Positions 1-11,400 of a stretch of DNA of 64,000 bases are shown here, piece by piece. Each line of letters starts with the position of its first letter. Position 1 is the first letter of the stretch. The notes beneath the pieces were generated by a model. The model was not told the DNA's origin, did no database searches, and saw nothing but the letters and a program-made list of their open reading frames with translations. Source of the DNA: Chrysomallon squamiferum (Eukaryota; Animalia; Mollusca); contig CM022665.1 of NCBI GenBank assembly GCA_012295275.1, forward strand, positions 6,510,001-6,574,000. Direction: 5' to 3'. A program made the position numbers and the translations under genes.

Positions 1-206
1 ATTATTCTGCATGGTGGTTTGATATGTCCTATATTTCCATATCATTAAAAAATTGCAATACACACCAAAAAAAAAATTCTGTTCGTCTTTCTGACTAGCT
101 TTCTAAAATATTTAGTATTTCAAAATGTACCTTAATAAACCAGAACCTACTTCAGTAATGATAAAAAATTATTTAATGGCTGACAATACTAAATTTGTCA
201 CATTAC

Positions 207-310
207 CTTTCTTGTTTAAGGGCAAATTCTAACATCTTTATTCTTCGTACAAGATCCTGTTTGAGATTTTCTTGTCCCTTTCTCTCTCCTTGCAAAAATG
301 CTATTCGAGC
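207..310 (-). CDS. STRN3: Striatin coding exon 2 (104 nt)
   Basis: Acceptor ttttgcag|GCTCGA and donor AAAG|gtaatg; encodes ARIAFLQGERKGQENLKQDLVRRIKMLEFALKQE(R). Confidence 0.95.
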
Positions 311-3300
311 CTGCAAAAATAAAATTATAATATTTTAAATATTTCTGGTAAAGAGAAAACTACCTGAAAATAGTATAATTAGAACAAGCCTATATGACTG
401 CAACATAAAGGCAAAGTAATTGTTTTTATGAATAGTATTAAAGTGAACATGTAATATATTTCTAGTATACAATGTAAACAGTTTAATCTGTCTTAATTTC
501 ACTGCAGTAAAATGTCATTCAAGCAGAAACAGTATGTCTATATATTTTTGGGATTTATTTATTTTTTATTATTATTTTTTTAATGGCAGGGGAGAGCTGA
601 TAATCGAATGTTCAATTTAAACTGGATTACACTATAAATCTCAATGAAGAATTAGCTAATGTCATTGATTATGTCAAGTATGGGTTTGTGTTAATTATTA
701 TTTCACAGGAACCAAGGGCCAAATGGAATTTTGTACATAATGTTGTTTTTTGTTATTCTACATCGATTAGAACTGACCATCCAGAGAGATGTCATCTGAC
801 AATACAAATCCCTGCCATTTCTTTAACCAATATACTATATATAAATTTATAATTTGCTTGACTAAACATAGAGTTTCATAACATTTGATACACTTTCAGT
901 TTCTGAACATTTCAAAATTACATGGCACTTAATATATAATGACAACCATTAAGAAACAGGTATCTCTATAATGTTGCACAAATGAGAAATGTATTGTTAT
1001 ATTTTAATCATGAATATACACTGAGAAGGTATAAATAAAATATTATACATAATGAAAATCAAGTGTTATGAAATAATTATAAAACTAAATTATACAAGTA
1101 TATGAATGATAGAATCAGTTCTAGAAAACTGTTCATTAGCTGTTCTTAAACTCATAGATTTTTTTTCAGTTTGTAGAAAATGGAATTTGACTGCAAACGT
1201 AATGTGACATATATACAAAGATGTTCACAAGTGAGTAAAAGTCATGAAGGATGATTGAAGTTCAACTGCATCTAGTCATTCACACACACACAATTCTTTT
1301 TAGATGTAGGTAGTGGCAGCCAAATTTTTCATTAATTTAATAATATGCAAGATAATAAGTATAAAACGAAAAAAAAAAAAATTACAACACTGTTTCTACT
1401 GATTCAAAAGATACATGCAAATCAGTACCATAGGTAACTGGTCGTTTTTTTGTGGTTTTTTTAAAGATATTTTTGCAAATTGAAGGAAACAGCAACTTCT
1501 GCCAACTGTAGTTTGAAAAATAACTGATATAAAAGACTTACAATTACCAAGAGTGCTGGAACCAACTTGCTAAATGAGCTTAATTTGTTTGCAGAGTTGT
1601 AAGTTTATCTGTATATTCGGAACAGCACTGTTGAGCATGCCATATTTGTCAAAATGGAAGGCAGGAGAATGTCCCTAAAATGATTAAAAGTGCAAACGGA
1701 CACTGTGGTTTCAGTTTTGGTCTCATCTGAAAAATTCAACCTGTGTTGTGATCAATTTGCCAAGATCTTTTAAATGACATACTTGAGTCTATTTCATTTT
1801 ATTCCCTGCCAAGCCCATAAAAAATTTACCTTTTCAATTTGAAGTAAAAATGTGAGCCAGTCAACACTAATTACATTTCGTCCAGAGCAGCCATGTATTT
1901 TTTGACACCTTAAGCCCCAAAACTTAGAGAAAACAAGTCAGGTTAGTTTCAGCAAGAATTAATTAGAATTTAACATGTATTTGTTGTTGTTTATAATTTA
2001 AAGAGCAGCTGGTCTACCATTGCTGCAGTCACTGAAAGAATTATTATTGTTATCATTATTTATTATTATTATTATTATTTTTTTTTTTTTTTTTTTTTTT
2101 TTTTATAGTTTAACAGATGTTTGAACTTCAGATGCATTTTATTTTAGAGTCATATTGCATTTTAAGGTAGTTATATGACAGGGTTGGACATTTAAAAAAA
2201 AAAAAAAAAAACAATTGATATGGGTCAAACACCTGTATATAGCATAGTACAACTTTATTTACATAAGCAGCTTGATTTTTCTTTCTATTAAACTATTAAT
2301 AGTAATAAGTTAAAATACTGTGATGTGTATATATCCACATACATATAAATGTTACTTAAAAAGGACTACAAACATTTGATGTTTAACTACAATCCTCTAT
2401 GATACATAAACTCAGCTAATCCTTGGAGTCTACTCCAGAAAGGTGTTGCAGATATTACTTAGGGGCAATAAAATATATGTAGTCATGAGACTAAAGGCAA
2501 AAGGCAAAGGTGTGATAAGTCTGTCATTTGAAGCAGTTATAAAATAATTTTCTTAGCTTTGTACTTGCTGTGATCTGACTGCAAACAAACATTACCTATC
2601 ATCTGACCACTGCTGAAATTTTCTCTGATGGAGTTAATCAACAAGCAACAATAATCTAAGTTTTAAAACTGATCAGTTTATGATTTTATGATACTAAAAT
2701 AATTAGTTTTTTTATTCAGCATTCACAGAATACATTGTACTATTGTGTAGTACAGTTTGTTATGTTTATGATTCTTAAATTCTTAATTTGCCATTTATTG
2801 CAAGAATTTTGAAAGCAAAACAATCACCTCTCTTACAACAGAAGAGATAGTAATTGACAAAGCACAATTTTTATTTGTTTATTTCAGAAGTATTAGTATT
2901 ATATACAGTGAAAGTCAGAATAAAACATGCATCTTACAAGTTATTAAAAATATAAACAACAGATAAATGTAATTATTTTAAATAGTGTCAGTTCTTTTTA
3001 GCTGCTCATAAAATGTATGGCAATTTAGCCTGGTAGGAAAGAGAATTTATGGCAATTTCAATATGCACATGTTATTCATATTACATGTATATGCTAAAGT
3101 AGGAACACTGAAGAAAAACATACACCTATCAAGTTATTAAAAATATAATTAACATATAATCATTTTAAATAGACCCAGTCCTTTCTTGTTGTACATAAAA
3201 TCTATGGAAATATGGCACTGTAGAAAATGTAAATTATGGTGATTTTGCTAAGCATGTGCAACTTTCAAATGCGGGGCTGTTCTACACCAAAGGATGCACA

Positions 3301-5575
3301 CTGTAGCAGGGCTCAAAACTCGTCTGAAATGTTTGGTGGCCCAAAATTATCATTTTGAATAAATTGGTAGCCCAAACAAAAAATATTCATATTTCAGCTT
3401 TCAAGTGAAGAAAAATGTTTACTTGATCGTTAACTTTTGAAGTAAGTTTAAAAAAATATGCTTTGAAGAGTCACTTATGCAAATATACCAACATGTGATA
3501 TTGAAATTCTTCTTTGTCAAATGCTTAACCAATCAATCAAACAAATCAATTCAAAGAGAAAAAAATCTACCAGAAATTGGAACAACATTCAACAGATGAC
3601 AGATGCTTAGACACCCATTTGGGAAGATTCAAATTTGTCTATGTATTCAGCCAAGATTATCCAAATGGTCATGATCAGATTTATGAAACTGGATCAGCAT
3701 AATGTGTGGTTTTGTTTATCAAGACTACAGTTAACTGCATGCATATCCAGTCAAAAAATTAGTGTTTATAAACAGTAGTTGGAAAATTAAGGTAAGTTGA
3801 GACATCCAATTTATCAAACTACAAGCAAACATTTTATGTGAAATAACTATTTGCAATAAAATCATTAATAGTGGCTCTTGTGTTATAACTTATAGGAAAA
3901 AAAAAGTCGCCCAATTTATATTTTTTGATATCCCTGTCACCCAAACAGAACTTTGGTCGCATTTAGCTACCTGGTGAGTGGCCATTTTGAGCCCTGCCAT
4001 AGTGTTGCACATTGTTTGAAATGTAATTGAATTAACTTTGATTTCATTATTAGTTTGTAGGTTTTATTTTGAGCCAATTTTTTTTTTTTTTTAAAACTGG
4101 TTTAAAGGCAGGCAAAAATATATTTTTGGACACAGCTTTTGATATAAGTGATTTGACCCTGCCTGCAATGCTGAAAAAATACTGAAGCAACTTTCACATA
4201 GTTAAGTCAGGATTTTGTAGAGCAACACTATTTTAGGACTTTTTACTCCATGGGCACGGAAATTTGTTTACCCCCAACACGTTTAACACTCTTGTATAAA
4301 GGACTGATTTAACACAACAAAAACATCATCACTATTTAAAATAACACATAATGATCTTTTTTCCATATATTTGTTTTTCATGGTATCTTTTACAGAAGGG
4401 ATTTGGGAGTGGAGGAAAATGGTCAAAATCTAAACTTATAACGGCTTTGACTAACTGTATCGGCTAGGCTGCCAGACTAAAATCTGTTTTTCAATTAAAC
4501 TATCTTAGCATTAATTTTCAATCTGTCATGACTAACTGTGATATTTTTATTTCGTTTTTTTTTCTTTTTCTTATGGATACATGAAGTTATATTAACTCTA
4601 ATATATTGGCATTATGGCAGTCAAAGAAATTCTATGTGTATTCCTAGAATATTCACAAACTACATTTTGTATGAATACATGTTAAAAACCAGAAATCTAA
4701 GAAGCTGGTTTCTAAACATTTTTTTCCAAAATGTTAATGTCAACAAAAAAGGAAACGTATTCAGAAAGTTTATTTTTTATTATTATTATTTATATATATA
4801 TTTATGTATACACATAAAAAAAAAAAAAAAAAATAAAAATGTGATTTCTCAGATTACATCATTACATAAAATTTATTATTTGAGATAATTTTGAATTTAA
4901 GAATAATTAAAGACACAAACTGGATAGTTATGATTTGAAATAGCGTTTAAACCATCCATTATGATTATGATAAATTCCGGATTATCCCAATTTTCCTGAC
5001 TAATTTTGACATCCTCAAAGATCAATACATAATCATATTTTTTAAAATAACAACAACGACATTTAATGCAATGTATATTGTCAACAATTTATCATAATTA
5101 AATTGTTGTTTTATTTTATTAAGAAGCTGTCATAGTGAGCAAACGAACAAAGAATTTTATTTCTGTAAAAGAGTAGACATGGACGCCATCTTACAAAATG
5201 GCGGCTTATGCGGCTGTCAAAACATGCAATCATATCAACATTTAGAATTTAATTAACATTATAAATCCAATTAATTTATATATATATATGTATATGTATA
5301 TTAAAAAATAGTTGTTCTGTTGTTAAGGTAAGAAAGCATGTAAACCAGATCCGAAAACTTACTTGAAGTTCTGCTCTTTCAACTTCCCATTGGGAACGCT
5401 CCATCTCGAATCTTGCCCATTCTGTTTGCAGAAAATGAAGAATGCCTGGCATAGAGTACTGAGGTCTTTGTCCAGACTCTACGTCTTGTTGCTGTTTAGT
5501 GACCATGCCAATGTTTATACTAGACCCGGGGCCGACTTGCCCTCCAATTTGTGATCCTGGGCTGTCTTCAATCAT
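207..5575 (-). CDS. STRN3: Striatin family protein (STRN/STRN3/Cka-like), 5' part; gene continues off the left edge. Coding exons join complement(5363..5575, 207..310)
   Basis: Spliced translation ...QYSMPGILHFLQTEWARFEMERSQWEVERAELQ|ARIAFLQGERKGQENLKQDLVRRIKMLEFALKQER is the striatin N-terminal caveolin-binding/coiled-coil signature. Junctions are canonical GT-AG and keep the frame. The paralog symbol is nominal; this is probably the single invertebrate striatin. Confidence 0.95.
2937..3250 (+). repeat. Diverged direct duplication (~190-bp period) in striatin intron 1
   Basis: caagttattaaaaatataa...ttttaaatag...cataaaat(g/c)tatgg... occurs at about 2937 and again at about 3130, with collinear partial identity over ~120 bp. 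Confidence 0.6.
3307..3996. mobile_element. Non-autonomous DNA transposon/MITE (hAT-like ends), ~690 bp
   Basis: Terminal inverted repeats CAGGGCTCAAAA (3307-3318) and TTTTGAGCCCTG (3985-3996), with repeated subterminal GTNGCCCAA-like motifs. No clean target-site duplication is visible. Confidence 0.55.
5182..5205. promoter_or_regulatory. Inverted pair of YY1/Pho-type motifs at the start of striatin intron 1
   Basis: GACGCCATCTT (reverse complement AAGATGGCGTC) and CAAAATGGCGGC are back to back, ~160 bp inside the first intron. Confidence 0.45.
5363..5575 (-). CDS. STRN3: Striatin coding exon 1 (71 codons)
   Basis: ATG at 5575; MIEDSPGSQ...VERAELQ, then donor CAA|gtaagt at 5362. Confidence 0.93.
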
Positions 5576-8440
5576 CTTTTCTTGGCCGCCATTACAACCA
5601 GCTTTCTTAAACTGATACTATTATCTTCATTTCAATACTGACTATATTCATTCGATTTCTTCTTTATTATTACTGTAAAACAATGTTAGCATTTCTTTTC
5701 TGATAATGAATCGAGATTATATTCAAACACACAAACGTAAATGATCAAATATTCATATTCAACATAAAACTAATATTTTATATATCAAATAACATCTGAA
5801 GCTGAACTGGAACACTTAGAATCATAGTACAGAAAAGTAATCTTGAATAAATGCTCGGAATTTTTCCCCCACATTTCCGAATGGTTTCCGAGAGTCCTGA
5901 ACATTTCCACAGTCTTCAGATACTGTAAATAAACAAAAACAGACGTCATTTTCCAAACACAACCAACAGTATATTATGTTTCAAAGTATACTCCGAAATT
6001 GACACCAGCCTGTTATATATTTCTGTTCGATAGCAGTTAAATGTTATTTTAATTTGATTTTTCACCTTTTATGAATACTCGACTATTGCTTATTTTTGTT
6101 TTAATAGAAAAGGAGGTATGATTTCAATTTAATTCTCAAACGATAAATGCCTATTTTGTCTGCAACAAAACCGTATGAGTTACTCCCCACACACGTGTGT
6201 GTGCGTGTGCGCGCGCGCGTGTGCATGCGTACATTCACACGTACAAGTTAAATATTTTCCCCTCATAAGTAATACTGTTTAAAATCGGTGTGATATTTCA
6301 TTCAAAGAAATTTAAATCCTATATAAATAAGATATATTTTCAAAAATTAAAAACAAACCAAGAGATAAGAATTCATTTAATATGATACAATAAAATGCCA
6401 GTTTCGTGTCTTAATCGAGTCGAACAGAAACCAGCATAAAAGATCGATATTTAAATTATTGTACGTTTTCACAATTAACAATGGAAGTAATAATTATTAT
6501 GAAAGTTATGAAATGAGTAAATAAATTTATTTTGACGAAATACGACCTTTTAAAAGGTCATATTCTTATCAAGTGGTATCAGAAGACAGTTTTTAAGCAG
6601 TTTTTTTTTTTTTTTTTTTTTTTTATGGACTGACTAGATTTTAGATGTACCAGACTTAGGGTAATCGCTGGTTCAGGTGAAATATGTAAACAAAAATAAA
6701 AAAAATTTCGAATTGTATTATATCTATGCTTCCAGTTAACCTAAAATAACACCTCTCTGAAATCCCAGCTTACATGCAGTTTTCAGGTATTTTGAATATA
6801 TATATTATTTACCCAGTTTGATAATAAGTTGAACGCTATATGTATTAAAAAATAATATTATTAAAAATGGTAACCTATTTTTTCTTAAAATCATACGTCT
6901 ACATATTTTTAAAATAATACATACATACATACATATTAAAGCAGCATTATGAGATGTATAGAATGGTTTTATAATTATATGTCGTGGATTCGTGTGTGTA
7001 TATGAGAGAGAGAGAGAGAGACCACCGTTAATGCTGGATAGTATGTGTTGCATTATGTTAACATACGCTATAGAAGATCAGAAGTATGATATCAATATAA
7101 AAATCTATATTACTACATTAAAAGTATCCATGTCTGGCAAAATAAAATATGGACAATTTCAACAAATAATTGTGGATACTTTGATAAGGTAATAATAATG
7201 TTATGATAATAAAAGCTTAAATAGTATATTAGATGATAGTATATTTCCTTTTATGGGTAGAGTCGGTTATTTTAACCAATGACGTCTTTTTTATGTCAAC
7301 AGAATGTTATAGCCTGGTTCTCATGCCATCTCGTTATTTCACGTTTTCGCTATAAGCTTTCTTTGGGAACCAGTTCTGTGAAATGGGCGCAGACATTGTA
7401 ACAAAGTTATTGCGCTGAATGACATTTTACTGAAGCGAACCAGTTTATTAGTTTGGCCTCGATTGCTAAAATAAACTTCTTTCTAAAAGACAAGATCTCC
7501 TGTGTTAAGTTTCTGGATTTTCAATATTATTTTTTTTAGACATTTATGTTCTTATGGTCTGTTTTCATTCTTTTTAGATTATTGATCAAATATAACAAAA
7601 ACGATAATTGATAGCAGTTACCATAATTAGATTTAATAATAATCATAATGCTATGGAAGGCTAACAATTTTATACGTGTGTGTGTGAACATAAAAAAAGC
7701 TTTATCATAAATAATAAACATATTTTATTATCCAACAATACAATTTGTTCTCAAACATAATTACTTCGAATAATAAAACTTAAAAGGACTTTTAAAATGT
7801 TAATAATTATTTTTTTCACATTACTTTTCATAACAATACAGTTTTATAGATTGAATTCTTTCCGACGGACGACTAACTTATCCATTGTTATTGAAATGTT
7901 CTCAAAATACATTTATAATCTTGTACCTTTAATAATTTTTTGTGATTTATTTATTTAATTTATTTTTAAAAATTTTTAATTAATTTTATTATTTATGTAT
8001 TTATTTTAATAGCTTTTAGTGACTAATTGTAGTACTTAATTTCTAAAATAAATTATGAAACTGTTCAACCCAGTCTCTATAATCGGAAATGTTTTCACAA
8101 CGACGGTTATAAAGACTCATTATTACCACTAAAACGAAAAATAAAGCAGAATAGTTCATTAACGCCCATCCCTTTTGTCGTTATTTAAAAGTGTTAGTTG
8201 CTACTTTTGATTAAAATGCACTTAATTAAAGACTATAGTTTCCAAACAGTAACAGCTATAATGGAACTGAATACAATTGTGCAGGTGTCAAGTCACTTTA
8301 GATTAAATACCGAAAAGAACTCTACTTAATATTACTAGTACGAGTGGTGCTACTAATATATTAACATATTATTATTATTATTATTTTGTTGAATTTAAGC
8401 AGAATATAACAGTGACAGTTACAAAGACTCATAAAAGAAA
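5576..8440. promoter_or_regulatory. Divergent (head-to-head) intergenic/promoter region between striatin and AP4S1
   Basis: The two start codons are 2.87 kb apart in divergent orientation. CpG is retained here but rare in the flanking gene bodies. CCAAT abuts a CRE-like TGACGTC at 7276-7286. Exact TSSs cannot be resolved. Confidence 0.55.
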
Positions 8441-8493
8441 ATGATCCGGTTTTTGTTTATTGTTAATAAACAAGGACAGCTGAGAATATGCAG
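8441..8493 (+). CDS. AP4S1: AP4S1 coding exon 1
   Basis: ATG ATC CGG...TGC AG|gtgtgt; encodes MIRFLFIVNKQGQLRIC(R). Confidence 0.9.
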
Positions 8494-11400
8494 GTGTGTG
8501 TGATTAATTGTAAATTCTATGTGCATACGTTCGTTGAGACAATTTTTATATCTTTTAAAGTAAACGTCTTCATCTTATTTTTTTTGTGAAGTCATTTCAC
8601 AGATAGAATAACCCCCGAATGTTTTCACTTACTCTATCACTGTTTTTCTTTTACATTTTTATATATGAAACGATATCACAAAACTGGAAAATAGGCAAGC
8701 TGAATTCATCTGTTTGAGCTATATTTTGTTATCATACTTAATTATTACAACATATAAAATTAATCACACGAAATTACATAAAAGTTAAAATTCAAACAGT
8801 TGTTTATATCACCATGATATATTTTAAGAGTGATAATTTATACTTGTGGACAATAAATAGAAGAATGCAAGTTAATGACAATTCATGTATTTGATACATA
8901 GTGATGTTTAAGCATTAGTTATATTAATGGTTATAATCAATAATTAGGTGTTAAATGTGATTTTTGTAAAGTGATAAAGTATGAGATGTGCAAGGTGCAG
9001 CTATCACAAAGTTATTATTTCTGATCAGTAAGCAAGAAATCATTTATTTGCCTTACAATTATTTACAAAAGTAACCTCTAGTAGCACCAGTCTTCATTTT
9101 CAATATGGAACATACATCATAAACACAATGTTCAGGATACTTTTATTAATTTTATAGATATTTTGAACACATTCACAAAGAGAAAAGAATACATTTACAA
9201 CAGTCAATTGTTAGAAACTGCATCAACAGAAATGAAAAACAGGTTTGTGTTGTTATTTATCTTGATAATTACTATTTTAGAACTTAGATAATATTTCTCT
9301 TTTTGTTTAAATGTAGGAAACTCTAATTTTTTAATTATTGGAATGAATATGAAAATATTTGATTCAACAGAATATTTGGTGCTAGTAGATCACACGATCA
9401 AGTAGCACCTAATATTTTGATATTAAAATAGGAATAAGCTTTTTTTAGTTCAGTAATAGTTAATATAATTTGATTCTTACTTGTAATTCAATTTAAAATT
9501 TTACATATAACTTTAGGACAGTGTAACAAAACAATGAACTAACTTGATTTTATTTTCTTTCAGTGTACTTTCTTTGAATATGAAAATTTCAAAATTATAT
9601 ACAGGAAATATGTGAATTTATATTTCATTGCTGGAATCACAGAAGAAGAGGTAATGATTCCCTTCATATTTAAAAACTGGTGAATTAACAAGGTGCAAGT
9701 CATGTAAAAAATTACCATTTACCAGTGCAAAATCAAACCATGCACCTCATCTGCTAACTTTTTCATCAAATCTTTATTTTTAAAAACTACAGAGCCTAAC
9801 ATACTAGTTAATGAGTGAGTATCTTTCCTCTTACTATACAAAAGATAGTGATCTTTCAATTAATTATAAACATAGTTAGAAATATGAATATTTTGTTAAT
9901 ACAGTTTTTGTATGGTTTGGCTTGTCATTCACTTTCTAGAATGAATTCACTAATGTGAATATTGTTTAATACACTTTTAGCTTGTTTTTATTTTTAGAAT
10001 GAACTGGCAGTGATAGAGCTTATTCATAACTTTGTCGAGACCCTTAATCAGTATTTTGGAAAACTTGTAAGTTTTAATTTGATTTATTTAGTTTGTTTTG
10101 ATAATATAGATTTTTCTGATTTAGCTGTAACAATCACATATATCAGAAATGTTGTCTATTTGATTATTCTGCTTTATTATAGATTTTTCAAAATAATCTA
10201 AATACATTTTCAGTACTTCCAAACTTGTAATTATTTACGACTAGCAACCTGTGTTTGTTAATAATAAAGTATGTTAATCGTGATGTAATAAACCATAAAC
10301 AGAAATGTAAAACAAATCTTTATTAACTGAAGATATGCCAGTAAGAATTCTTTTATTTTTATAATTTATTACCTAACAGTTGCCAAAAGATATATTTTAA
10401 GATATTACTGAATTTTTGTCTTCTAAATTTTTATTAATTTTTAATTTACAGTCTGAGTTGGATGTATCCTTTCATTTAAGTTTTATACATATATATATAT
10501 ATGTTTGTAGGTAGGTACGTATGTATATATAGAGTGTATTATAGAGTGTATAAAAACTCGAGACTGTTATGTAAAAGAAAACAATCCAGAAAATAATCCA
10601 GAAATAATCCCCCAAATGTTTGCATTTAATTACTTTACCACCAATTTTTTCTTTTACATTTTTATATATGAAATCATATATAAATACTGAACACATTGAA
10701 AATGCACCACCAGTTGATTATAACAAATATGAAATACCTACTTAGATGGTATGCATGACAACAAATAATTTAAAAAACAATTGAATGAATATTCCATTGA
10801 ATTCAACATATTGCATGCATAGGATCAAAAACGTAAATTGAATCTGCTAATAATGCTGATTGGGGCTATTCAAGATGGTCTCTGAATAACCACTTTCCTT
10901 TATGAAGTAGTCTTTGAGGGAATGCTAAACAAATGACAGCTGATGAATGTGTACATGTGTTAGGCTTATTTAAGTCAGTATTTCAAGTTGAATCATTGGG
11001 AATCATTGATGTTTGGGAGGAAGGTTTCATCACTGGAGATTACACATTGGTATGAGGTCTATCCTCTGACAAATCCCATTGCCATTTAAGGAATGCTGAT
11101 GGTCAGTTGCAGGTGTGGTGTAAGCATGTGAAAAGGTACCAAAATGGCTGCCTTGTCCAAACAGATTAATGTGGTAGTAAGGGAGTGTCAGGGTGTGGGG
11201 TGGGATCAGTCATCATCAACAAACAGCACTTCATGTTTGCCATGGCAGATGGAATGCCATTTACCTTTGGAATAATGTTTGCAAAATCACATGCCCTTCT
11301 TTTATCAGCATTGAGACCTGCACAAATTTCAGCAAGACAGCACATTTTTCAAGCCAGTATTTAACAGACAGTAAGGTCCTTCTGCTTGAGTAGTCAGCAC

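Noticed and set aside
4024-4034. Perfect P3 site TAATTGAATTA in the striatin intron
   Set aside because: Isolated, in very AT-rich DNA and far from the Prop gene; expected by chance.
5276-5362. C-terminal part of the ORF-track striatin ORF (VSFRIWF...)
   Set aside because: Read-through past the gtaagt donor at 5362; homology continues in the exon at 310-207.
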